Assembly (NCBI GenBank): GCA_963735595.1
Contig: CAVTLK010000001.1
Coordinates: 64,001 to 128,000 of the forward strand
From: an uncultured delta proteobacterium
GTDB taxonomy: Bacteria; Desulfobacterota; Zymogenia; Zymogenales; Zymogenaceae
Length of the DNA: 64,000 nucleotides
Direction of reading: 5' to 3'
Of this stretch, positions 9,807 to 20,555 are shown piece after piece. Below the pieces are notes generated by a model. The model saw only the letters and a program-made list of their open reading frames with translations. It was not told the origin of the DNA and did no database searches. Positions within the stretch are counted from its first letter, which is position 1. Each line of letters starts with the position of its first letter. The position numbers were made by a program, and so were the translations under genes.

Positions 9807-10847
9807 CTACTCGAAAATCCGCAAGATCTCGTCGCGCTCCCGGTAGGGGAGCGGCTCGGTCGTCCCGTTTGTCCGAACGATGAGAACAGAGTCGTGCGAT
9901 TTGACCGATTTCCCCGATTTCACCAATCGCCGAGACCGGGATGCCCTTCTTCGCGAACGCGCCCTCCACGGCGGCCCGGTCGGCCGGGCGCGGCGGTAAA
10001 GAGCAGCGCGCCGGAGGCGATCGTGCCCAGCGGGTCTATCCCGAAGGCGTCGCATACGACCCGTCCCTCGGGGTAGACGGGGATCGCGTCCTCGCGCACC
10101 GTGATGGAGACGCCCGCCGCCATCGCCAATTCATTCAAGCCCGCCGCGAGGCCCCCCTCGGTGGGGTCGTGCATGGCCGTGATCTGGGCGGCGGAGGTCG
10201 CCGTCATCGCGTCCGTGACCACGCTGATGCCGGGGTCAAAGAGAAAGCGCCGCGCGCGCTCGATCGTCGCCTCGTCGATCCCGCGCTCGCGCAGGGCGTC
10301 GGCCTTTTCCTGGGCGATGATGGCCGTCCCCTCCACGGGTATCCCCTTGGTCAAAAAGAGGAGGTCGCCCGGCCGTGCCCCGCCGGTGGTGACGAGCCTG
10401 TCCTTTTCGACCTCGCCCAGCATCATGCCGGAGACGACGCGGCTGGTTCACGGCGTCGGTCACCTCGGTGTGGCCGCCCACGAGCGTCAGGCCGAAGGGG
10501 ACCATGGCCGCGCGCAGCTCGTCGAACACGCTACGGGCCGTCGCCTCGTCGCTCGCCGACAGCGGTAGCAGGATCGTGGCCAAGAACCAGAGGGGCCGCG
10601 CCCCGCGTACGGCGATGTCGTTTGCGTTGACGTTGATGGCGTAGTACCCGATGTTTTCGGCCGTAAACGTGATGGGGTCGGCCGTGACGATCAGGTAGCG
10701 GTCGCCCATGTCGATGACGGCGGCGTCTTCGCCGATGCAGGGGCCCACGATCACGCGGGGGTCCGCGGCCGGAAAATCGGAGAGTATCCGTCCCAGCAGG
10801 TCGTATTTCAGTTTTCCGGTGGGGAGCTTCGTGTCGTTCGTTTTCAT
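9807..10847 (-). CDS. AIR-synthase-related (HypE/ThiL-like) protein, frameshifted
   Basis: GPCIGEDAAVID, TADPITF, NANDIA, VGGHTEVT, MHDPTEGGL, C-terminal ERDEI. Confidence 0.85.
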
Positions 10848-10899
10848 GTTACCCGTTTATGTCGATTATGGGGAGGCGATGTATCGTACCGGACGCGCA

Positions 10900-11172
10900 C
10901 ACGGACAACGGGGTTGTCCGTGGCACCCAGCCCGTGTTTGAACCCGCAGGGGTCGCATATATGCGACCCGCGGAACGACGAAGGAGAAAAAGGGACAGTG
11001 TGAGTCGTTCCCGGTGACAGTCAGGGGATTGCCACGACACTATCACCCCAAAAGGCAGGCCTTTTGGGGGCCCGATTAAGCGCACAGGCCTCGCAATGAC
11101 AATAATAACCGTCGCCGAAGGCGACAATGCTAATCATAGCCGAGTCGCCTCCGGTTCCTCGCAATGACGATA
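10900..11172 (-). repeat. cluster of REP-like palindromes including two copies of the GTCATTGCGAG element
   Basis: CACGGACAAC/GTTGTCCGTG hairpin; perfect palindrome GGGTCGCATATATGCGACCC (10950-10969); CTCGCAATGAC near 11090 and 11158; TGTCGCCTTCGGCGAC hairpin as at 5299. Confidence 0.85.
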
Positions 11173-11832
11173 TCCTATAGATAATCCAACAAGCTCATCC
11201 GCACTAGTGAGGACAAGGGACGCGCCCGCAGCCGTCAACTGGTCTGCGCCGATCTTTCCGGTGGTCACCCCCACGGGGACCATGCCCGATTTGAGGGCGG
11301 ACTCGATGTCGATGGGGTGGTCGCCCACCATGGCGGCCCGGTCGGCCGCCACCGCCAGCAGGGAAAGCGTCCGGTCGAGATGGGCCGGGTCCGGCTTGAC
11401 GCGCTCGGTCCGCTCCCGCGGCACGAAGGCGTCCACCATCGCCTCCACGTCCGGGAATACGATCTTTACCGCCGCCTCGCAGTTTCGGGTGACCAGGCCC
11501 GTCTTCACCCCGCGGGAGCGCAGGGAGGTCAGGAGACCGCGGGTGCCGGCAAAGAGGGACGCGCTCTTGGCCGATGCCACCTCCTCGTCCACAACGAGCC
11601 TGTTCGCGGCGGCGTAGAACTCTGCGGACGCGCCGTCGGCGAGCTGGCGGGTCATCTGGTCGATCTGCTCGATCAGGTAGCTTTCGGTTATCCGGCTCCT
11701 GTCCACCCCGAAGCGGTCGGCCAGCTCAAAGATCCTGAGGTAGACGGCGGGAAAGTCTATGTTAAGCTCGGCTAGCGTCCCGTCGAAATCAAAGACGACG
11801 GCCGAGACGCCGTCAAGTGGCGGTCGTGTCAT
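11134..11832 (-). CDS. HAD-superfamily hydrolase (phosphoglycolate phosphatase-like)
   Basis: FDFDGTL, VTRN, KPDP, MVGDHPID motifs. Confidence 0.9.
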   Translation of the reverse strand: MTRPPLDGVSAVVFDFDGTLAELNIDFPAVYLRIFELADRFGVDRSRITESYLIEQIDQMTRQLADGASAEFYAAANRLVVDEEVASAKSASLFAGTRGLLTSLRSRGVKTGLVTRNCEAAVKIVFPDVEAMVDAFVPRERTERVKPDPAHLDRTLSLLAVAADRAAMVGDHPIDIESALKSGMVPVGVTTGKIGADQLTAAGASLVLTSADELVGLSIGYRHCEEPEATRL

Positions 11833-12916
11833 GCGAAAATCTCCGGTAGAATGCGTCGAGGCGCTTGAGCGCCTCTTTCTTTTCGGTCATGCCGATACGC
11901 GCCGATTGCGCCGCGCGCCTCAGCGTATCTATGGAACGGTCGTAGTTTTCCCGGTCAACGGGGTAGGGGTGGCCGTCCTTTCCGCCGTGGGCAAACGAGA
12001 AGCGGGCGGGGTCGGAAAACGAGGCGGGCGCGCCGTAGATCACCTCGCCGATGAGGGCCAGCGCCCTGATCGTCTTGGGCCCCACGCCCGGAAGCGACAG
12101 CAGCTCCTCGAAATCGGCTGGCCTGCGCTCGTAGGTGGAAAGGAGTATCTTTTCGATCCTCCCGGGGTTGATGTCTTCCGTGGTCACCTCGTGGCGGCGC
12201 GGAAGAATAAGGCGCCTATTAACCTCCCTGATCTGTGCAAGGGTGCGCTCCGGGTGTTCACGGGAGAGCCCGGCCGCAATGTCCCGCGCCCGGTCCGCGT
12301 CGGCGTCGGTCAGGTTCATGATCTGCCCGAGCCGCCGGTCGTCGCAGACGGCGGCATGGGGGGAGACGGTCATGTCGGCTACCGTGTCGGAGAGCCAGTG
12401 GTAGCGGCGGGCCGTGGCGGTCGTATCGTTCATCCCCTGCTGCACGACCGCCCAGCGGCCGTCCGGGGTAAAGAAGAAATTATGGATATAGAGCTGGTAG
12501 CCGTCCTGGACCGCGTTGTTGTCGACCTTCGCGGTGAGCCGCGAGAGGTAGACGAGGCGTGCCGGGTCGACGGAAATATCGGCCCCCCGCGCGATGATCT
12601 CGTCGGGCGTCCTACGGGAGTGCGCGCCCTTTCCGCCGGCGGCAAAAAGCCCGAGCTCGGCCTCGATTCCCGAGATGCCCTGCTTGACGGCGGCGCAGAC
12701 CGTGGTGGTAACGCCGGAGGAATGCCAGTCGAACCCCAGGAGGCAGCCGAAGGACTGAAACCAGAAGGGGTCCGACAGCCGCCGGAGCGCCTCCGGGGCG
12801 CCGAAGTCCGAGACGATAATGATGACGATCTCCCGGGCGAGGCCGACCATCCGGCGCATGAGCCAGGCCGGGGCCTTCCCGCCGTGCAGCGGCAGCGTGG
12901 CGGTTGCGCGTCTCAT
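11813..12916 (-). CDS. DUF763 family protein
   Basis: LPLHGGKAPAWL, DWHSSGVTT, KVDNNAVQDGY, FSFAHGGKDGHPYPV. Confidence 0.9.
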   Translation of the reverse strand: MRRATATLPLHGGKAPAWLMRRMVGLAREIVIIIVSDFGAPEALRRLSDPFWFQSFGCLLGFDWHSSGVTTTVCAAVKQGISGIEAELGLFAAGGKGAHSRRTPDEIIARGADISVDPARLVYLSRLTAKVDNNAVQDGYQLYIHNFFFTPDGRWAVVQQGMNDTTATARRYHWLSDTVADMTVSPHAAVCDDRRLGQIMNLTDADADRARDIAAGLSREHPERTLAQIREVNRRLILPRRHEVTTEDINPGRIEKILLSTYERRPADFEELLSLPGVGPKTIRALALIGEVIYGAPASFSDPARFSFAHGGKDGHPYPVDRENYDRSIDTLRRAAQSARIGMTEKKEALKRLDAFYRRFSHDTTAT

Positions 12917-13008
12917 GCGCGCCTCCGGGTGCGCCCGTTTAGGTCAATGGCGTTGGTCATCGTCGGGTATCTCACGAATCTGCTTGAAAAGAGCCGGTAC
13001 AATCGTGT

Positions 13009-14733
13009 ATGATGATTATAAGGGACTACCGGTACCGATGCAAGGGGAAAGGAAAAGCAACGAAACTTTACGGTAACACCACGGGCCTCAAGGCCAGCGA
13101 GGAAAAGAGGCTGCTGAACCTCTATCGGCGGCGCATGCCGGCCGATCGAATCGTCACCCCGGAGTTCGCCCGGACCCTCACCGAGCTTTCCGCCGAGATA
13201 CGCCGTCAGATCTGCGCCCTGGTCGACCGCAAGGGGACGATCCAGTATATCATCATCGGGACCAACTCGATGGTGGTCATCCCGGATATTTCCCGCTTCC
13301 GCATGGGAGACGCACGTCTGCGGGGCCTTCGCTCGATCCACACCCATCTCAAGGGAGAGCCGCTCTCCCGCGACGACCTGGCCGACCTGGCGCTCCTGCG
13401 GCTTGACCTGATAGCCGCGCTGGGGGTCAAGGAAGGAGGACTTCCGGGGGACGTCTACGTGGCCCACCTGGTCGCGGAAAACGGGTCGGGGGATATCTGG
13501 CAGGAGCTCGAACCGGTGCCGGTCTACCGGCTCGAAACCGATTTCAGCGATCTCATATCGTCAATCGAGGACGAGTTTGTCAGGAAGTTCAAGGCGCGCC
13601 GGGTCAAGGTCGAAGACGGGGCGATACTCATAGGGGCCTATTACGGCAGAGGCGGCGATTCTGACGACAGCCTGGCGGAGCTCAAGGAACTGTGCGCCAC
13701 GTCGGGGCTAACGGTGCTGGATACGGTCGTCCAGAGGCGCGACAGGCCCGACCCGAAATGGGTCATCGGCAAGGGAAAGCTCTTCGATATGGTCGTGCGG
13801 GCCCAGCAGGTCAACGCGGGGATCCTGGTTTTCGACGGGGAGCTTGAGCCCGACCAGATCAGGACGATCACCGATTTTACGGAGATGCGGATCATCGACC
13901 GGACGCAGGTGATCCTTGACATCTTCGCGCGGCGGGCCGTCAGCAGGCAGGGAAAGATCCAGGTAGAGCTGGCCCAGCTTAAGTACCTGCTGCCGAGGCT
14001 GATCACGAAGAACACCGCTATGAGCAGGCTGACCGGCGGTATCGGCGGGAGGGGGCCGGGCGAGACGAAACTCGAAATCAACCGGCGGCGCGCCCGCGAC
14101 CGCATCCACCGCCTGGAGCGCGAGATCAAGCAGATCGGTAGAGAACGCGGCCAGCAGCGCTCTCAGCGGATGAAGCGCGGGCTTCCGATCATCTCCATTA
14201 TCGGCTACACGAACGCGGGTAAGTCCACGCTCTTGAATACGCTTACCAAGAGCAACGTCGACGCCCGGGATATGCTTTTTGCGACGCTGGACCCGTCGAG
14301 CAGGCGGCTGAGGTTTCCGCGCGACTTCGAGGTCATCATCACCGATACCGTCGGCTTTATCCGCAACCTCCCCAAAGACCTCGTGACCGCCTTTTCGGCG
14401 ACACTCGATGAGCTCAAGAACGCGGACCTCCTCGTGCACGTGGTTGACGCGTCCGACCCTCGTTATCCTTCCCGCATCGAGGCGGTAGAGAAGATACTCG
14501 GGGACCTGGAGCTCTCCGACATACCGGTGCTCATGGTATTCAACAAGGTCGACCTTGTCGGCGAGATCACGCTGGCGCAGATGCGCGAAAGACACGACGG
14601 GGTGTTCATTTCCGCCGTCGATTCCTCCACGCTGATGCCGCTCATCGACCGGCTCGAACGCCAGATGCTGGTGGTGCTGGAGCACGACCAGGCGGCGATG
14701 CCCGAAGAAGAGGGCGGCCAGACACTCCATTAG
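13009..14733 (+). CDS. hflX: GTPase HflX, long form (start uncertain)
   Basis: GYTNAGKS, LFATLDP, DTVGF, NKVD; GRGPGETKLE; N-terminal GNTTGLK...IHTH extension. Confidence 0.95.
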   Translation: MMIIRDYRYRCKGKGKATKLYGNTTGLKASEEKRLLNLYRRRMPADRIVTPEFARTLTELSAEIRRQICALVDRKGTIQYIIIGTNSMVVIPDISRFRMGDARLRGLRSIHTHLKGEPLSRDDLADLALLRLDLIAALGVKEGGLPGDVYVAHLVAENGSGDIWQELEPVPVYRLETDFSDLISSIEDEFVRKFKARRVKVEDGAILIGAYYGRGGDSDDSLAELKELCATSGLTVLDTVVQRRDRPDPKWVIGKGKLFDMVVRAQQVNAGILVFDGELEPDQIRTITDFTEMRIIDRTQVILDIFARRAVSRQGKIQVELAQLKYLLPRLITKNTAMSRLTGGIGGRGPGETKLEINRRRARDRIHRLEREIKQIGRERGQQRSQRMKRGLPIISIIGYTNAGKSTLLNTLTKSNVDARDMLFATLDPSSRRLRFPRDFEVIITDTVGFIRNLPKDLVTAFSATLDELKNADLLVHVVDASDPRYPSRIEAVEKILGDLELSDIPVLMVFNKVDLVGEITLAQMRERHDGVFISAVDSSTLMPLIDRLERQMLVVLEHDQAAMPEEEGGQTLH

Positions 14734-14825
14734 CGGCGCAATCCGCTGCCGCACTCAAAATAGATCCACCGACCACCCGTTCAAGGGACACTCGTCCTTA
14801 CCCGGCGATTCTATCGAGAATTTAC

Positions 14826-14889
14826 TTGACAGGGAATATTTAGCTGTATAAAATAATACTCGGTAGATAATAAAAATACTAAGCAGTAT
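14826..14889 (+). promoter_or_regulatory. sigma70 promoter with probable TetR operator
   Basis: TTGACA-17 nt-TAAAAT (14826-14854); ATACT-N4-AGTAT palindrome at 14876-14889. Confidence 0.6.
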
Positions 14890-14947
14890 AACACGCGGAT
14901 GGGGTAAAAGGCCGCCAATCCGGCAGTAGAAAAGGGACGAGACAATA

Positions 14948-15553
14948 ATGGCACGAAAATCAATCATCGAGGATATCAGGAAAGACCAGATCATAGAGAG
15001 CGCTATTGACGCGCTGGCGTCGGTGGGGTACACGAAGACGACACTGGACCAGATCGCGGATATGGCCGATTTCAGCCGGGGCGTGATTACGTACTACTTC
15101 AAGAGCAAGGACCAGCTCATCACCGAGGTCATGAAACGGATGTTGTCCACGCAAAAAGAACGCATCATGAGCCGGGTAGATTCAGCCGGGCCGCCAACGG
15201 AAAAGCTGGCCGAATATATCGCGGCAAGCATCGATCACATGAAGTCGGACCGAAAACACTACGAGGCGCAGGTCGAGCTCTGGTCCAACCTCGAGTACAA
15301 GAAAGAATTCAACCAGAAGATATATATCGAATGTATCAGGACCGTATCGACGATACTTGCCGAAGGAGTCAAGGGGGGAGTCTTTCGGGAGATGGACATC
15401 CAGAACTCCGCTGTGCTTATCCAGGGGGCAATCGACGGCATCATGATCCAGTGGGTATTCAACGAGGGATCCGTTAATCTCGATACGATCAGTAGTCTTC
15501 TCGTCGACACGATATTTGCGGCGATACGGCGGCAGGAAACCGTCACCCAATGA
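14948..15553 (+). CDS. TetR-family transcriptional regulator
   Basis: GYTKTTLDQIADMADFSRGVITYYFKSKDQL HTH. Confidence 0.93.
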   Translation: MARKSIIEDIRKDQIIESAIDALASVGYTKTTLDQIADMADFSRGVITYYFKSKDQLITEVMKRMLSTQKERIMSRVDSAGPPTEKLAEYIAASIDHMKSDRKHYEAQVELWSNLEYKKEFNQKIYIECIRTVSTILAEGVKGGVFREMDIQNSAVLIQGAIDGIMIQWVFNEGSVNLDTISSLLVDTIFAAIRRQETVTQ

Positions 15554-15638
15554 GCAGCGTCGCGCGGGCCTTCAACGGCTCCAAACGTCCATCTCGCGCA
15601 TACGGCCATGCTTGATATATAAGCCCACCGGAGGATAT

Positions 15639-16499
15639 ATGGAAAACAGAATTATCGATTTCAGGGTCAGGCTCCCATTTAAAGAGGAATTCCCTAATGC
15701 GGACCCAAACGACCTTTCGTTTGTGCCCCACTGGATGAGCCACTACGTGGAGCTCTACCAGGCGGCCCTCAAGGTCGACCTCGGGGTGGAAACGCTGCTG
15801 GCGTCGATGGCGGAAAACGGGATCGAGCGCGCGGTCATGCAGGCGGAGTGGGAGTTCGGCGACTACAAACACCTCAACAACGCCGTCCATAGAATAGTTA
15901 CGAGATACCCCGACAAATTCATCGGTTTCTGCACCGTTCACCCGGAGGAGTCCAAGGACATGGCCGCGGAGCTCCGGGACTGGGTCGCGGCGGGGATGCG
16001 CGGGGTCAACCTGCAACCCTGGGCCTACCGGATGGAGGCACACGACCGCCGCTTTTACCCGGTCTACGAGGTGGCAAATGAGCTCGGTATCCCGGTGACC
16101 GTCCACACGAGCGTCAACTGGACACTGACGCGGCCGATCTTCTACGGGAGGCCCATCAACCTTGACGTGGTGGCGTGCGACTTTCCTGACCTTGTGCTGA
16201 TCGCGAGCCACGGTGGATGGCCGTGGGTCAACGAGATGGTTGCGGTCGCCTGGAAGCACAAAAACGTCTATATCGAGACGGGAGCGGTCAGCCCCAAATA
16301 TATCGGGAGGCCCGGAACCGGTTGGGAAACCTTCATCCAGTACGCGGACAGCATCCTGAAGAACCAGATACTGTATGCCAGCGAGTGGCCGCTGCTGACC
16401 TTCGAGCGGGTGGTGGCCGAGGCCGAGGCACTCCCGTTGAAGGAGGAGGTAAAACAGGCCTACCTCTACGAGAACGCCCGGCGGCTTCTGAATTTGTAA
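15639..16499 (+). CDS. amidohydrolase_2 family protein
   Basis: IIDFRVR, PVTVHT, SHGGWPW, NVYIE, ILYASEWP. Confidence 0.85.
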   Translation: MENRIIDFRVRLPFKEEFPNADPNDLSFVPHWMSHYVELYQAALKVDLGVETLLASMAENGIERAVMQAEWEFGDYKHLNNAVHRIVTRYPDKFIGFCTVHPEESKDMAAELRDWVAAGMRGVNLQPWAYRMEAHDRRFYPVYEVANELGIPVTVHTSVNWTLTRPIFYGRPINLDVVACDFPDLVLIASHGGWPWVNEMVAVAWKHKNVYIETGAVSPKYIGRPGTGWETFIQYADSILKNQILYASEWPLLTFERVVAEAEALPLKEEVKQAYLYENARRLLNL

Positions 16500-16521
16500 G
16501 GCCATCGTCCAGGGGGGAGCT

Positions 16522-18141
16522 ATGGAAATTCCGTATTACGATTACTATTGGCAATATGTCCGGCACTGGGGCGAGGTCGATCCCGACTTTCCGGCGCTTC
16601 GGGGGGGAGATAGGACGGTAACGTCGGGAGAGTTTAACCAAATGGTGACGAGGCTCTCGGAGTCACTCCTCGACCTCGGTGTTAAGAAGGGTGACCGCAT
16701 TGTCACGATCCTGCCGACAGGTATCGAGTTTGTCCTTTCGCTGGTTGCCGGGCAGAGCGTCGGGGCGGTTATCGTGCCAATGGACACGAAGTTCAGGCCG
16801 GCCGACCTGAAACGGTTTCTCGCACATTCCCAACCGAAACTGATCATCTCGATTGTGGCGGTAAAGGACTTCGATATCGCCGGGACGCTTGCCTCCCTCG
16901 GGCCGGAGCATAATCCGATCAAGAAGGCGACAGTGGGGCCGGGCCCGTTCGGGCTCACGTTCGAGGATCTTGTCACGGGCAGTCCCGGATCCGAGTCTGA
17001 GGTAACACGGGTGCGGGAGTCGATATCTCCCGATGACGCCGGGCTCATCGTATTTTCGGGCGGTACCACGGGCGTCCCCAAGGCGGCGCTCCTCTCCAAT
17101 ACGAATTGCGTCTATATGTCGTATATCGAGGTGCTGCTTTTCAATAAGTGGCTTGGCTCCCGCGGAGCTGCCGGCAGGATCAAATCGGTGGCGGCGCTCC
17201 CGCCCAGCCACGTTGGCGGCACCGTGGAATTCATCGGCACGGGGATAGTCGGAGGCCTTGAGCTGATCATGATGGATACGTGGAATCCCTATACGGTACT
17301 GGAGATGACCCAGAAAGAGCAGGTGCCGTGGATTGGGGGTGTTCCGACGATGTACGCGATTATCCTGTCGCTTCCCGATCTGTCGAAATTCGATCTTTCC
17401 TGTCTGAAGCTCGCAATCCTATCGGGAGAAAAGGTCAGCCTCGAGCTGTTGACCGGCATCCGTGATAGGATCGCCCCGATCGTCATCAACGGGTACGGGA
17501 GCACCGAGGCGGGATCGGAGGTCACGTTTACCGAACCGGACGACGAGTTTGCGCGACTTGCCGACGGCTACGTGGGCAAGCCCATCGGGGGAATGCAGAT
17601 CAAGATCATCGACGAAAAGGGCGGGGAACTTAGCCCAGGCGAGCCGGGCGAGGTTATTACTAAGGGGCCCTTATCGATACAGCGGTACTATAACATGCCC
17701 GAGGAAGACGAGGTCGGTTTTACGAAAGACGGCTGGTGCAAGACCGGAGATCTCGGGTACCTGGTGGCCGACGGCGGGCTCTATATAAAGGGAAGAATTA
17801 AGCAGATCATCAGGGTGGGAAGCTATACGGTGCTCCCGACGGAGATTGAGGAAGTCGCAATCGAGTACGAGAACGTTGGGTTTGCGGCCGCCATCGGTGT
17901 GCCGGACAAGGTATACGGGGAGGTCGCGTGGCTCTTTATCGCTCCGGTCTGGGGGACTGAGGTCAACACAGAGGGTCTGATGGCTTTTCTTGCCACGAAG
18001 CTTGCCAAGTTCAAGGTCCCAAAGAAAATTGTGATCAAGGACGATATTCCGATCACGAGAATCGGAAAGGCCGACCGCACGAGGTTGCGTAATGAGGTAG
18101 TCAATCAACTCGAAAAGGAAAAAGACAAAGCGCAATCGTAA
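16522..18141 (+). CDS. AMP-dependent acyl-CoA synthetase
   Basis: FSGGTTGVPK, GYGSTE, TGDLG, KGRIK motifs. Confidence 0.92.
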   Translation: MEIPYYDYYWQYVRHWGEVDPDFPALRGGDRTVTSGEFNQMVTRLSESLLDLGVKKGDRIVTILPTGIEFVLSLVAGQSVGAVIVPMDTKFRPADLKRFLAHSQPKLIISIVAVKDFDIAGTLASLGPEHNPIKKATVGPGPFGLTFEDLVTGSPGSESEVTRVRESISPDDAGLIVFSGGTTGVPKAALLSNTNCVYMSYIEVLLFNKWLGSRGAAGRIKSVAALPPSHVGGTVEFIGTGIVGGLELIMMDTWNPYTVLEMTQKEQVPWIGGVPTMYAIILSLPDLSKFDLSCLKLAILSGEKVSLELLTGIRDRIAPIVINGYGSTEAGSEVTFTEPDDEFARLADGYVGKPIGGMQIKIIDEKGGELSPGEPGEVITKGPLSIQRYYNMPEEDEVGFTKDGWCKTGDLGYLVADGGLYIKGRIKQIIRVGSYTVLPTEIEEVAIEYENVGFAAAIGVPDKVYGEVAWLFIAPVWGTEVNTEGLMAFLATKLAKFKVPKKIVIKDDIPITRIGKADRTRLRNEVVNQLEKEKDKAQS

Positions 18142-18190
18142 CGGAGCCGGGCGGCAGTAGTGCGACCGGCAGGGAAATTCGGGGGGCGCT

Positions 18191-18985
18191 ATGGATTATG
18201 TAGACATTTCGTATGAGAAAAGGAACGGAATCGCCACTATTACGTTTACCAGGCAGGAGGCCCGAAACGCCGTCCGCCATCAGACGTGGCTTGACCTTTC
18301 GGGGGCACTCAACGATGCCCGGCAGGATGACGCCGTCCGGGTACTCGTAATAACCGGAAAGGGTAAGGCCTTTTCGGCCGGTGCGGACCTCTCGGAGATG
18401 GCGGCGATATTCGGAACGCAGGTCGATCTCTTCGAGGTGCGGCGGGCGCTCCTCGGAATCCAGGAGGTCACCAGGCAGATGCTCGATCTCCCCAAACCGA
18501 TTATCGCGGCGCTCAACGGATATGCCGTGGGTGCGGGCGCGGAGATCGCCATTGCCTCGGATATTAGAATCGCCTCCGAAAAGGCGACCTTCGAGTTCGC
18601 GGAGGTGAAGGTGGGACTCTTTGAGACTAACGGCGTGACCTATCTTCTTCCCCGAATCATCGGCTACGGGAGGGCCCGGGATCTGATGCTGACGGGCCGG
18701 CGAATTGACGCCCGGGAGTCCTTGTCGATCGGCCTGGTTTCGAAGGTGGTCGCGGCGGAGTCGCTGATGGACGAGACGATGCAAACGGCCGACCGGATGA
18801 CCGGCAATGCGCCGGTGTCGATGGCGTTGGTCAAGGAGTGCCTCAATCGCTCGGGCGAGATCGCGCTCGCGGACGCGCTCGTCTACGAGACTGAGGCGAT
18901 GATGGCCTGCGCCATGACGGCGGACGCCCGCGAGGGCGCGACGGCGTTTATGGAAAAGAGGACGCCCCGTTTTAGGGGCGCGTAA
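18191..18985 (+). CDS. enoyl-CoA hydratase/isomerase
   Basis: AFSAGADL, PIIAALNGYAVGAGAE, EVKVG, AFMEKRTP. Confidence 0.93.
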   Translation: MDYVDISYEKRNGIATITFTRQEARNAVRHQTWLDLSGALNDARQDDAVRVLVITGKGKAFSAGADLSEMAAIFGTQVDLFEVRRALLGIQEVTRQMLDLPKPIIAALNGYAVGAGAEIAIASDIRIASEKATFEFAEVKVGLFETNGVTYLLPRIIGYGRARDLMLTGRRIDARESLSIGLVSKVVAAESLMDETMQTADRMTGNAPVSMALVKECLNRSGEIALADALVYETEAMMACAMTADAREGATAFMEKRTPRFRGA

Positions 18986-19048
18986 CGTGGTATAATTGAT
19001 TTGCGTAAAGGATTTCATTACACTGGACAATTATAGGAGGAGTCGAAT

Positions 19049-20419
19049 ATGGCCAAGGAAGAACTAAAGCGCGGGCTTGGTCTCGGCGGGGCGGTATCTA
19101 TCCTTATGGGATACGTCATCGGCGCGTCGATTTTCATCCTGATCGGCCCCATCGCCTTCAAGACCGGTCCGGCTATCTGGGTGACGTACCTGATCGCATC
19201 GGTGCCTGCAATATTCATATGTTTTACCTCCGCGCAGATCGGCAGCACCCTACCGGTGGCCGGGGCCAACTACGTTCTGGTCAGCAGGACGATGGGACCT
19301 TTCTGGGGATTCATGACGGTATGGACGATCATGATAACGACGCTGATTGGAATACCGTTGGTGGCCTATGGCTTTGCGGAATACCTCGGGTTTTTTATAC
19401 CGGGATTGCCCCCCATGGGGACGGCCGTCGCCGTGACGATCCTGTTCGGGATCGTCAATATTATCGGTATCTCATTCACCGGCTGGGTACAGAACCTCAT
19501 GGTTATCCTGATGATGGTGGCGTTGGCGATCTTCGGGATAGCTGGGCTCTTCTTCGTCAAGCCGGAAAACATCACACCCCTGATGCCGAACGGATTCTCT
19601 CCGGTGGTCATGGCGGCCATCCCGGCGTATTTCTCCTACGTCGGGTTCATGGTGCTCGCCGAGCTTGGTGAGGAGATCAGAAAACCTTCCCGGACGATCC
19701 CTCTGGCTATCCTGATATCGTTCTTTGCGGTCCTGATAGCCTATTTCCTGACAACCTTCGTTCTCACCGGGATCCTCCCCTACGGGACCCTCGAGGGTAC
19801 GAAGGCCGCGGTGTCCGAGGCGGCAAAGACCTTCCTCCCCTACTGGCTGGTAGCCTTCATATCAGTCGGGGCGATACTGGCGGCGTTCACGACGGTCAAC
19901 GGAATACTTGCCGCAAATCCCCGCGAGCTGTTTGCGTTGGCCCGTGACAAGGTAATGCCCGGGTGGCTGGCGAGGACCTCGAGCATCTTTAAAACCCCCT
20001 GGGTTTCGATAGCGGTGGTAACGCTGCTGGGTGTGCTCGGCGTCCTTCTGGGACAATCGATAGAGAAGTACGCGTTTGTAACGGTCATGGGAGTGATGGT
20101 CTTTACCCTGCTCATCGGAATTGGATCGCTCCGGCTAAGAAGGAAGCTCCCCGATCACTATAAACGGGCCGCGTTTAAATTAAAGGGATTCTGGTACTGG
20201 TTCTTCCCGATCGGCGCCATATTCTTTGCCGTAGTATACATATTGCTGGGTTTCGTGGAAGACCCGGTATCGGTAGGGATATTCATGGGGGCGATCGTCT
20301 TGGGAGTGATACTCTTTGCGGAGCGTCGTTGGCGTCTGAAACGGGCGGGAGTCCTCATGAGCGAGATCTTTGAAAAGGACGTCCATGGCGTGCTCAAACG
20401 GGCGAAGGAGTCCGAATAG
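19049..20419 (+). CDS. APC-family amino acid permease
   Basis: LKRGLGL...IGASIF, EEIRKPSRTIP, about 12 TM segments. Confidence 0.9.
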   Translation: MAKEELKRGLGLGGAVSILMGYVIGASIFILIGPIAFKTGPAIWVTYLIASVPAIFICFTSAQIGSTLPVAGANYVLVSRTMGPFWGFMTVWTIMITTLIGIPLVAYGFAEYLGFFIPGLPPMGTAVAVTILFGIVNIIGISFTGWVQNLMVILMMVALAIFGIAGLFFVKPENITPLMPNGFSPVVMAAIPAYFSYVGFMVLAELGEEIRKPSRTIPLAILISFFAVLIAYFLTTFVLTGILPYGTLEGTKAAVSEAAKTFLPYWLVAFISVGAILAAFTTVNGILAANPRELFALARDKVMPGWLARTSSIFKTPWVSIAVVTLLGVLGVLLGQSIEKYAFVTVMGVMVFTLLIGIGSLRLRRKLPDHYKRAAFKLKGFWYWFFPIGAIFFAVVYILLGFVEDPVSVGIFMGAIVLGVILFAERRWRLKRAGVLMSEIFEKDVHGVLKRAKESE

Positions 20420-20458
20420 GTGACCGCGTAACATTCGATTGCGATAAACGAATAATCA

Positions 20459-20493
20459 GGAGATGCGGGGTGATATCATCCCGCATCTCTTTT
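20459..20493 (+). terminator. intrinsic terminator
   Basis: GGAGATGCGGGGTGA-TA-TCATCCCGCATCTCT followed by TTT. Confidence 0.7.
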
Positions 20494-20555
20494 CGTATCG
20501 CCTTTTCATATCACTGCGTCCGTGCTACAATAAATTTATCGGAGGGTGGAAATAG

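Noticed and set aside
11759..16505. Long antisense ORFs (11759..13012, 13708..14754, 15543..16505)
   Set aside because: Shadow ORFs opposite well-supported genes in GC-rich DNA, with no recognisable motifs
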